A stretch of 64,000 nucleotides of DNA from Candidatus Omnitrophota bacterium. Its GTDB lineage: Bacteria > Omnitrophota > Gorgyraeia > 2-01-FULL-45-10. The stretch covers positions 69,849-133,848 of the forward strand of contig JAPLME010000012.1 in assembly GCA_026387175.1 (NCBI GenBank), read 5' to 3'. Below, piece after piece: positions 46,101 to 58,100 of this stretch; the first letter of the stretch is position 1, and each line of letters starts with the position of its first letter. The notes under the pieces were generated by a model, which made no database searches, was not told the DNA's origin, and worked only from the letters and a program-made list of their open reading frames with translations. The position numbers and the translations under genes are program-made.

Positions 46101-49100
46101 AATTTCCGGAGAAGAGCTTAACTTCGTACAGTTACGTGATTGGAAAAAAGAGCCGCCAGAAACTCCGGAAGAATGGAAGGGTAAGTTAGCTCAGGATGGA
46201 TTAAACGCGCGAGAGATAGATGCAAAGTTAAAAGAGCTTGCCGATAAAACAGTTATTGCACCAACCCCTCCTATAAAGCCCACTCCAACGGTTAGCGAAT
46301 CAGCCGCACAGCGGGTTATATTAGATTTCTCAAGCAAAAATGCTAAGTTGGCCTTTGACGCGCTTATTGAGACCTTGAAAACCGAAACCGTCGATACTGA
46401 AAAAGCTATTATAGATAGCATGATTCCAAAGAATAGCACCCCCGACCAGCCGACCACGGTCTTGCATTTAGCCGGAGCAGAACAAAGAGGTTTTAACGAC
46501 TTTTTACGGAATGAAGTAGAGGTGAAGAGAAATGCAAAGCTTATAGGGCTTGACTTAAATTATTCACTAGCTGATGAGGAAAAGAAGTTATTTATAGGAG
46601 ACATTACAGGAGATAACTCTCGCAAAATAGCCGATGGATCGGTTAACACTATAATATCCGTAAATTTCTTTAATGCGGAGTGCTATAAGTTATATGAAAA
46701 AGCCCGCGAAACACCACTCTCCGAAACGGACTATTATATTAATATCGCGGCGGAAATTTACAGAATGTTAAGAAACGGCGGAAAGCTTTATATTGCCGGT
46801 TCTAGTGTGACCAGTGAGTTTGAAAAAGCATTCAAAGCAGAATCCTTCAAGATGATGCCGCTGGACGATACCATGCCTGGATTTTATGAAATAATCAAGA
46901 TCGCGAAAGCCGGCCCGGAGACACCCGGCGGACCTAGCGAACGCGTCGGGTCCGTGGCAGGAGAAACTCCTGTCGCACCGCCGGCAGTGCAAGCGGCTCA
47001 AAGAATTTTAGTCGAAGTTTGTGGAAAAGCAGGCTATCCATTCGTCAATATTTTATTAACATTTATCCTTACACTATTTATACTTGTCTCAAGCTCAGTT
47101 TACTCAATAGCCGCTCCGGCGCGAACTGTTCCGGGAGGTCCACAGATAAAACTGGCACAAGCAGTAAAAATGCCTACGGCGGTACGAACTAAGGCCCCGG
47201 TAAAAGCGCAACCTGCGCCGGTACAGGCTGTTAAGCCGCCGTCTTTGGTGGCCGAAAAGCAGTTCGCGCTTGACCAGAAAAAGCTCCGGGATGCGATCGA
47301 TACTTATTTCGCAAAAATGGCTTCTTCGCAGTATTTCATGTATAGAGCTCCACGCCTCAACTCCGAAAGCAAGATGATAGAAAACCCTCTCCTTATAGAT
47401 GCATTCGTCAATAACCGGGGAAAGTTAGCTCTAAAAGATTTTCGTGGTGTTCCCGGCCTGGAAAATATGCCTGAAACCAGGATAGATAACATCAACCGCA
47501 TCATCGATGAAATATGGAGGAGCGTTGACAAGACGGCCCTGCCGGAATATATAAAAGGTAAGCTGGTGCTGGACAGGAAAACAGGACGATTATCGCCGGT
47601 AGAGGAGCTTCAGAAGACGCTGTTTGCGCTCTCTGTTCTTGCTCCCGATACGTATGAGTATCTGAAAAATGATAATGCGCCTATTGTTTTGGTTGATACC
47701 GATTGGTTTTCCGGCGCCACTAAAGGCGATACTTTTTTCGGCATGATAGCGCGCAATCCTCGCGGAGTGAAAATAGAGCTAAGCAGCCGGAATAACACCG
47801 TTAAAAGAGTCGGGACGGCCGTTCATGAGGCCATTCATCGTAAGAGAGGCGATGTTGCCACAGGTTATTTTAGCCTCTATCTTAAAACGTTGGGCCGCAT
47901 CCGGGAGCTTTTTGTCAGCCTCCCTTCGTTCGAAAAAGAGCCAATTAAGAAACAGCAGGATTTTTATAAGAAAGAATTGCTCATAAATGTGTCGGCAGAG
48001 GTTTTAAACAATGCCTATTTAAGCCAGCGCTGGTGGCTGGGCCTGATCGGTGTCATGGCCTGGGTATTGACGATTATTACGCCTGCCGTATTGATTGCGA
48101 AACTCATTGTCTCTTTGGTCTCGAGCAAAAAAGAAGGTGCTGGGAGACGTCCCGGGCCCACCACATTTATGCTGGCATTCATTTTACCGCTCATCGCGAC
48201 CGGTCTCGCGGGACTGCCCGTGATAGGCCAGCAAGTGAACAATTTTGCCGGTATGCTCTTTTCGCCGATACCATTGCCGGAGATCGCTCCCGGAGAAAAG
48301 GTCGCCGCTAAGAAGAAAGCAGGTTCGGATGTCCAGACAATAGTTGACAGGACTATCGGGAAATTTTACGCCGGCATAAACGCGCCTCCCGTGGTGCTCG
48401 ATAATAACCTCTTTGACCGTTTCTGCGCGTTCGATCCGGAAGACGGCACCATTCATATAAGTCCCAGAGCGTATGATCCTAAAACCGGAAGGGTAATAGA
48501 AGAGGTAAGACTCTTCCACCTGCCGCATGAAGCATTCCACTATGCTTTGCAGATGACACCCATTAATAAGAATGAGAAAGCGCATGAGATCGCAGCCACA
48601 TATCTCGCCCTCCTTAATATAATCACCAATCGCAGCAGCTTGACAAAATTGATAAATGCTGCAAATCCCGTAGATGGGCGTGAGGTCTCTGCCGGCATGA
48701 AGGGGATAGTTAAGTATTTTGAAAGCTTCGGATTCGATGTAAAGAATATAAATAATTACCGCGCCCTCTTATCCGCTTTAAACGTCGATGGATTAAGAGG
48801 GATCGCTTCATACCTTGCCTCGACCAACCCTGATTTTAGAAATATTTCCGATAGAGATATGGCTTCGGCTGTAAGGCTCATTAGCTCTAAGCCTCAGGAT
48901 GGGATATTCAAACCCTTAAAGAAATTAGATGCCCTCGGGATTAATAAAAAAGGTTATCTTGCAAACCCATACCTGTATGCCGATAAGCTGGTGCGGTTCG
49001 AAGATGCCGGAGTTAAGCTGAGCGCCAAGAATTTAAGTCTACTCTCATTAGGTAGAGATAATATAAAGCCGTATGTAGAAATAGCGTTAGCTAGTGGTAT

Positions 49101-52100
49101 CAACCCCAATGACATGACTCTCGCCATATTGAGAGCGCAAAAGGCTGAGGTGGCGGTGCCTGCCGCTGCGCCGGCTATATTATTAGAGGAAGCCAAGGCT
49201 CCGGCACCGGTTGAGCCGGCTGAATTACAGTTGCCCGCCGCAATACCGCCAGTTGTGGAGATTATCCCCGGTGAAACTGACATTCAGAAAAAAGCTCTTC
49301 AGGTGTTCGGAGAAGTTCGCGGGATACCTGCGGAGAAATTGAGTTATAGGAAGGGACAGATAGAAGCGGTCGAGGCGATGAAAGAAGGGAAATTCGCTGA
49401 ACTGCGAACAGGCGGTGGTAAGACGCTTACCGAGGGCGTGACTGCGCTCGAAGTGCTCAATGATCCTATTCGGCAAACGGTATGGCCGGGTGAAAAAGTC
49501 CTGATAATGACTCACGAAGACAATCTTACCGAACAGGCAATGGTGAAGGATAAGATGGGCGCTATATTGAGCAAGTGCGGCGCTGTGACAGGGTTTATTC
49601 TTCCGAAAGTTATGGCTAATGGAAGCGTTGCCGAGATCGGCGTAATATTCGAGAATGGGGTGGAAGTTGAGAGTGAGGCCGCTATCGACAAGGTTTTCGA
49701 GCGCTGCGATATCATATATGGTAAGTGGGACAGGTTCGTCCATCGTAATATGAAGGAGAGGCTTGGGACCGATACTCTCGAGATGAATACGAACAAGTAT
49801 TTTACACTCTTTGATGAGGCGGATCTGATGCTCGTATTTGGTTCCGCGACGCCGTGCATTATATCAGGCAAAGATATGGACGATGCTGAGAAGCGCCTTG
49901 CTGTACGCAAGGGGATAAACAGTATAGTTAAAGAGATGGTATTAAAAAATCAAAAACGCTATTTATATATTCCGCAAGGGACAAGAGAAGCATATTTGAC
50001 TGACAGCGGAGAGCAGGCAATCGAGAAGAAGATCCGGGAATTATATAAAGACAATGAATATAAAGAGCTTCTAGATATAGCGGTTAAAAACTGGAAGATC
50101 TTTGCCATGGACGCGTTACAGGCGAACCTTTTCTATAAAGTTGACGAACAGTACTTCCTTAGAACGGATGAGAAGGGAAAAGTCATTGGTGTTGATGTTT
50201 GCGACACGGACACTAAAGCCAGAAAGACCGGCATGTCTTTTGGCGAAGGTCTTCAGCAAGCCATAGAAATTTCCGCAGGTGTAGCGGACGCGAATTTAAC
50301 TCCCGAAACGTATACTTCGATGTCGATGGCTATAGGCAATTTCCTCTCGAGAGATATTATCACAGATTACGCGGGCGCCAGCGGCACAATGGAAAAAGAG
50401 CGTTTTGAGAATATGTATATGGATAAACACGGCAAAATCAAAACCGTGCTCAAGATAGAAGGTGAATCACAGACGCTGGATAAGAGTGCCGGCCACACGG
50501 GATTTAATACAAGGGAAGAGAAGTGGGCGGCCCTGATAGATAGATTGCCTGCAAAGATGTCCCTTGGACAGCCAATCCTAATAAAGATTGAATCGGATGC
50601 CGAGATGGCAGAGCTAAAGAAGTATATAGAGGCTAATATGGCTTCTATGCTGGCTGAGCGAGGAACGATAATAAATCTGGCCAGCGGCAGGAATGCTGCA
50701 GAGTTTACTGAAAATATAGCCAAAGCCGGATATGGAAATGTTATAACGATAGTTACCAATATAGCGCATCGCGGTATCGATATAGAGATAAAGGGCCGTT
50801 TCCTTAATAATGACGGAACCGAAGGCGCCAAAGTGCCGCCGATAGATAAAGATGCCCCCGGGTTGCACGTAATATCGACTTATTTGGATGAACCTGAGGC
50901 ATTCGAGATCCAAACTCAGGGCCGCGCGGATAGAGGCGCCAATAAAGGTTCGTGGGAAGGGCTATTCTCGTTAGATGAAAAAATATTTACTGAGCATGTC
51001 ACTCTATTGGACCAGCAGATAGCCGCGCTGCGTAATGCGGTGGGGAAAGGTGATAAGACCGCTATCGACGGGCTTATGGCAGCGGATGGGCGCACAGTAA
51101 GACTGGGTTTAATAGCTGAGATCAGAGACAGGATAGTGAGTGAGCAGAGCCGCAATGATGAGAAACGCCGCGAATATGAGAACGAGGTATTCGCATATCA
51201 GGAAAAGATCCTGGGTCTTCTTAATATAACAACATCGCGTGACGAATTTATAAAATTCCTTAAGGCGATAGGCGCCTATGATGGTATAGTGAATAATCTC
51301 AAAGAGGGTGAGACGATCGATGAGAAGATAGCCGTTCTGGCACAGTTGACTGTTTCCGTGCTGACCGATGAGATGAGTAAATTCCAGACGGAACAGCAGG
51401 TTATCCGGAAACGGCTTGACTATCTGGCCCGGGAAGCAAGGCTGGGATTGAGGCCCGCTCTTATACAGTTCAATAAGGAGATAGCGAACCTGGCGTTACT
51501 TGCCAGGACTTTTGACGCCAGGATAAAAGATGCCAAAGCATTCGTGTCCGCCATTATTGCCCAGGACATGGGAGATAAAGTCGAGAATGTGGCGGAGACC
51601 GGGAAACGGAGCTTGCGCGATCTTATCTCCACCAACTTTATCAAAACATTCGCATCCATAATTATGATCGTAGGAGCAGGTTTCCTGACGGCTAAATACG
51701 GCTTCTCTTCGCTGGCTGATAGCATACTGCAGCCCTTAGTCACGCTGTTGACGGCGCATCCTCTCCTAGCCGGTATTGCCGCGGCGATGATGCTCATCTC
51801 GGCTGTATATTTAAAACAGCTTTACGGTAAGAAGATAGGCGTGCTCGATACATCTAATACGGAGTTCCTGAGATTCACAGTCGGCGTAGGCAGAGGGAAC
51901 TTCTTCAAGGCTTTTGGCCGATGGACAGGCATAATGGCCTTACAGATCCTTGCAGGTCCCGGACTATTTGTTGGCGCCGGCACGCTGATAGCCGCGATAG
52001 CACATCCTATACTTGCGGTGGGATCAGTAGCGCTTCCGCTTGCGCTGGTCACAGTAACACTTGCGCTCGCGGCCAATATAACCCTTATCGCGATATTTAA

Positions 52101-55100
52101 GTCGAAACTCGAAACAGTCAGAGATATCACGCCTACGCGCTTCCAATCAGGGTTCAATACATTCGTGAGGGCGCTGGCCATTTCTATAGGCGTCGTCTTT
52201 GCATTGCAGATGGCCGGCGGTATTCTCGCCACCACTCTCATCTCGCTTGGTTTTATAGTCGTGACTGCGGTGGTTGCCGGCTTGGTGGCCAGAAGTATCG
52301 AGAATAGATCTTACAGAGCGAAACTGCCGGTATTTATAGGCGGAGCCTACGGTATTATCGCGGCAGTGGGTCTTATAGTCTTGTCCGCAATATTCGGAAC
52401 GCCCGCTGTATTCTCCTCGGCCCTTATCATGCCGCTCATATCCATTCCGGTCGCGGTTATCGGGATAGCGATGATGATATTGCAGGTGGTCCAGGCGCGC
52501 AAGGTGGCCTTGGAAGCTGAACGCGCCGGCCAGAGTTACTGGAGAACTTTAGCGGAATCGTTCGTGCCAAATTCGCGCAATATATTGATGTACGCTATGT
52601 CGCTACCGGCCGTGTTTATACTATTCAGCGGAGCTGTTCCAGCGCTGATATTTGTGGGCGCGGTAGGGTTTGGAACTCTCCTTATTAATAAATACAGCGT
52701 GAACATCGAGAAGATGACCGGCCGTAAGATGTCGGAAACTATTTCAGGAATGGCAGGACAGGCTATAATGTTATCGGCAGGCGCCGCTCCGATGGTGGCC
52801 TACCCGCAGGCCGCGTATTCTGCGCAGGTGGAGAGCTTAAAGGCCGGTCTGAAGCAGGGCGCGATGGACCGAGCTGCCATAGCCGCCGCTGAAACTATAG
52901 GCAAATATTCTCCGAAGCAGTTCTCCGGATTCGAAAGATTGAGCAATAATATTAGCAGTGTTTTTGATGATATCATGAATGGGAAAGCGGTTGTGGCGCC
53001 TGAAACACTTCAAATTACCGCACCCGCGGCTCCGCAAGTTACTGAAAAAGCTATTGAAGAGCAAGTGAAGCCGAAGGAGAAGCCTCAGGTCGGCGAAACC
53101 CCCGGTGGCGGCACTGCAGGACAGGGCCCTGCAGCAGGGCCCGGCGCGGGTGGAATTCCTCCGCCACCGCCTGTTATTCCCGAAGTGCAACCTGCTCCTG
53201 AGCAGATTTCGCCTGTGCCTACGCCTGTAAGGATGGAAAAACCGGATCTTGCGAGTGTCTTGAAGGATGCCCGGGAAAGTAACCTCGCTGTCGCGAAACT
53301 CGTATCCCCGCTCGCAAATTTTATAAATCAGGGTAATGTTATAAGCAATGTTGGTGGCCCCACCGATAACCCAAACATCCTGATAATCCGAAATATTCTT
53401 AAAGCTCTGGATTATAATCTAGACGGAGAGGCTGTCGCAGCGCTCCAGGAAAAGCATAACCTCGCGAAACAAGATGGAAAGATCGGCCGCGAAACTATGG
53501 CTGCGCTAATAGGAGAGCTATTAGCGCTGGATAACAGCGCGGATGTCGCTAAAACGATAAGCAAGAACACCGCTATGGAAATAGCGTCCCTTCGGGAAAA
53601 AGCGGCAGAGGTCGAAAAGAAGCAATTTGCCGGCGCGGCAGGGGTTAATCAAGCTGGAGCTAATCCAAAACTTCTTGATAATATGGCAGCGCTCCAAGAG
53701 GAGATATACGCTAAGTATGGCTGGCGGTTCTACAAGCTTAGCGTAGTGCGGACGAAAGAAAGAGAAGCCATGGTCGTTAAGAAACACTATAAGGATCTTA
53801 AGTATAAGGATAGCGAGAAGATAGCGGAGCTCGCCGATTATATCATTGATCCCGCAAATTCTCTGCTTCCCGCTGATGAGGCGAATCAACTTAAGGCGAG
53901 ATATCCTGATGTTGAGCGGCTTATTAACAACAGCCCGCATGTTAGAGGGATCGCCATGGATATCTATTTAATAGATGAAAATGGGATAGTTCGCGATTCA
54001 CATGTTTCCGCTAATCGTTATATGTATGATATAGTCGGCAAGCTTGCGGCGGAAAAATACGGCATGATATATGGCGGCAATTTCAAAGGCCTATTCAAAG
54101 ACGACACTATGCATTTCCAGCTTGATCCTCGTAATCTAGCAATTGAACTGGCCAAAGAGGAAGCTGCCGCGGCCAAAGAGCCAAAGAAGGTTACGAAGAA
54201 GGCAATGGAAAGAAAGCCTCGCGCCGGGCTTGACGAAGCATTCAAGAGAATAGAGAATTGGGCAGGAAAGGTGGCAGCCACCGTTAAGTCTGCAGCCGAT
54301 AAATTAACATTAACGCCTATGGGATTTCCGATCTGGGGAACTTCGGCCGCATGCAGTCCGTCGAACGGGGAATATTTAATTGCCGGAGGCCCGCTTGGCA
54401 GTATAGGTAAAGCTGACAAGTGCTATGTTTTTGGTAGAGAAGGAATTATAGCCCCTCATGCGAGTTTCCTCGCCCTTGACGTAGCGCCTGCTGAAGCGAT
54501 GTGGAATATAGACGAAATGATAAAATTATATCCTCAGGTGCTCGGTAAATACGGAATGTATGATTCCGTAAATGCGAAGAACGAACAATCCTCCAGACAG
54601 TATGTAGCGGTCAACCAGGCCATGAGTTTCATAGCTATGGTCAATTGCCTAAAAGGTGGAGTTATACAAGACCGTTTTGCCTCAAATGCAGCTATCAAAA
54701 AGTCAATCAGCTTATTGAACGAGACGTTCGACAAGATAGAGACTCCTGCCGGCCTATCACTCGATAGAAACATTTCTTCGGAAGACAGGAATAGGCTTCT
54801 GAGTATAGCTCAAAAGACCTGGGACTACTTTAAAGATAACGTTAATGAGAGCACAAACTGGCTGCCGCCAAACATGATAGATTCGCGAGGAGCCGCCGTT
54901 AAGCATACTTCCATAACCGACATAGGGCTCTACCTTACAAGCATTGTCGGAGCAAAAGAATTAGGGCTTATCGATGAGGCTGAGGCCAGGACCAGGATCA
55001 TCAACACTATAAATACTCTCAAGAAATTGGACAAGTGGAACGGGCTATACCGGAACTATTATCATACGGATGACTTGAAGTCCGTGACAAAGGGAGACAG

Positions 55101-58100
55101 GCACATCTCTACCGTTGACAATGGATGGCTCGCCGCAGGCCTTATAATTGCCGGTGAGACATTCCCTGGATTACAGGCAGAGACGGCAAACATCGTCATG
55201 AACATGAAGTTCGATAAGTTGTATGATGCTAAAGAGCAAAAGTTCGCCAATGGATATGACGAAGATACAGGGCTGACAAAGTCGCACTATGGACTTATCT
55301 ATACCGAGATACGCCCGGCGTTACTGATAGCGATAGCAAAAGGCGATATACCTAAAGAAGCCTGGCTGAAGACATCTAAGACATTACCCGAAGCGTGGGA
55401 TTGGCAGGCCCAGAAACCGAAAGAAGGCTATTACGAACACCGGGTTAAGACGGGCGTAGGAGTTGAGACGGCCCATTTCATCCCTTCATGGAACGGCACT
55501 ATGTTCGAGGGTCTGATGCCGAACATGATTTTAAATAATAGAACGCTTTCACCGAACGGCTACGCGAAACAGGACGCGATGTATGTATTCCTGCAGAAGT
55601 ATTTCGCTACGGGATTCCGCGAGGTAGCGCCGCCGGTTACTGAAACGCCAACACCAGTTACCCAGCCACAGGTGGCACCAGCGCCAGCTGCTCCGGAAAA
55701 GGGAGAGATACCGCAGTTCGCGGATCTTGCGAATGCTTTAAAATATGCCCGGGAAAATAATCCTGCCGTCGCAATCCTTATATCGAGACCATCTAACTTC
55801 ATAAATCAGGGTAATGTTATAAAGAGGACCAAGAGCCCTGGTATTGATCCAAACACTAAAGTGATTCAGGGCGCTTTGATCTCGCTCGGCTATGATCTAC
55901 CGAAGTATAAAGATGACGGAATATACTGGACGGAGACGGAAGCCGCGGTTAGAAAATTCCAGGAAGATCACAGACTAGCAAAGCGTGATGGAAAAGTCGG
56001 CCGCGAGACGATGACTTCCTTAATAAGAGAGCTGCTATTACGCGAGAGTAAGGCAAGACCTACTCCAATTGAGACGGCCGTTACTCCGGTTGCTCCATCT
56101 GCTAAGCCGATCGTTATCGCAGCTCCCAAGCCTGCTGTTACCGCGGTCCCTTCACCCGCCAAGCCGGCCGTGACCGTTCCGCAGGCTAAGCCAACTGTTA
56201 CTGCAGTTCCCCGGCCCGCTGAACCGGCTGTGGCTATCGCACCGGCTAAGCCAGCTGTCTCCGTGGTTCCTTCATCCGCCAAGCCGGCCGTTACCGCGGC
56301 GCCTAAGCTCGCTAAACCGCAAGTCAGCCCGGCTCCGGAAACCGCTGTAGCCGCAACTCCGGCGGAGTTAAAAGCCGCGCGGCAAGCACTCTTCAGAAAG
56401 AAGGGAGAGTATGGCGCTGAACTATCGAAAGCAACCAGAAAGCTTGACGAACTAAAAGAGGTTAAGGTAAGAGCCTCTGCGCAGATTAGCGGTAATCTTA
56501 AAGAGCTTGACAGGGAAACAATTCCTGCCGGGGCATTGGTCCCGACCGGTCCGCAGCGTAGGGTATCGTTCAGGGATGCTTCTGAAAATAGCACTGCATC
56601 AGCTGATGCCGAGATGAAGAGGCTCAGGATAACAAGGCAGGAACTTCTCGCGAAGCGCACATCGCGGTTATATTGGCCGGAAGTCATCGGTTTTGCGGGC
56701 ATTGGTTTCCCGGGGGCCGCATTTGTAGGAGTGACTGTAAGTCATTGGCTGAAATACCCTGGACGAGAGACTATAGTAGAGAGCGCCGAAATGAAAACTG
56801 AGCGGGCGAAGCAGGAAGAAGCCTTGTTCAAGAGGCAGCTTCTCTTCGGATTGACCAGGGCGTTCGGCCTTTGCCAGATAGCGGAAAAGGAGCTTGACGC
56901 CGCCCAGGTCTCATATAAAACAAGCTTAGAAGCGCTAAAGACGGCGCTTGCGCAGTTTGAAAAAGGGGAACTTACGAAGGGCGAGCTGGAGAATTTAAAA
57001 GCGAAACAGAACGAAGCGAACGTCAGGTATCTGAAAGCGCAGCAGGCATCGAGAAACGCGAGAGAGCTGGTAAAGTCATTAGCAGGCTATGACGTTAGAG
57101 AAGGAGTGGAGATAGATACTTCAGTTTCGCCGGATAAAGAATTTGCCAGGGAACTGGAAAAATTGGAAGACAGGAACAGGCAACCCCGTATATTACTTAA
57201 AGTCTTGGGTATTAAGGACCAGACATTGAATACCCTTTTCGCTATGGAGCAGCGTAATACAGCAGTAAAGTTAAATGCCCGCGCGACGCTCAATTTAGGC
57301 GCTGTAACGAGCGCCAATTTCGGAGTCGGATTTGAGATCACTCTCGGTAAAGATGTAGATCTCCAGCTCCGCCAATTAGAGGAGAGGCTGGCGGAAGGCA
57401 AATATATTCAGGAATTGAGAAACATGTACTTGGAAAGTGCCGAACTGATGCATGGTTTGAAACTGTATAACGACACATTAGCGCGGCTCGTAAAGATAGC
57501 TAAGAACGCGAGAGAAAAGGCGGAAGAAGATAAAGTAAAAGCTAAAAATAATATTATTTCACAGGATGATTATCTAAAGAAAGAATTGGAAGCGATAAGA
57601 GCCGAGGTGCTGGTAAAACAATTCAAGGCTTTGATAAAAAATGTTCGCAGCATGCTGGCGGAACTGGGCATCGAATCAAATGACATACCCCGCAATCTCT
57701 CGGAGGAGAATATGCTCGTCGCCGCTAAAGAGTTGATGCGGCGCAGAGCCAACGAATCGATATTATATCTAAAGGCATTAAAGACTCCCGAGAGCACACT
57801 TCGGAAGATAGACGAAAACGTCAATAACCTTTTAGCGGATAGATCGTTCTATCGCGAGGCCACGAACAGATGGGTAGTAGAGGAAGCGGAGATCTTCGAA
57901 AAGATACAGAAGAGAATAGTTTCGGAAGAGATTATGAAGAACAAGTCTTTAAAAGAACGCGTTCAGACATTGAGCGCCGGCTATACATATACAAGAGAAC
58001 AAGCTGTTGCGCAGCAGACTCTTTCCACAGGACAGGCGCCTATCGGAGGAGGAGGCGGCGCGCCGATAATTCAGCCGTGGCCGTCAACAGCCGTTTCTTC

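Noticed and set aside
49320-51250. Housekeeping secA gene
   Set aside because: It is embedded in-frame in the giant ORF with no separate start or stop, and several canonical motifs are altered.
51640-52800. SecY homologue
   Set aside because: The TM count is similar but I see no SecY signature motifs, so it is left as an unassigned TM bundle.
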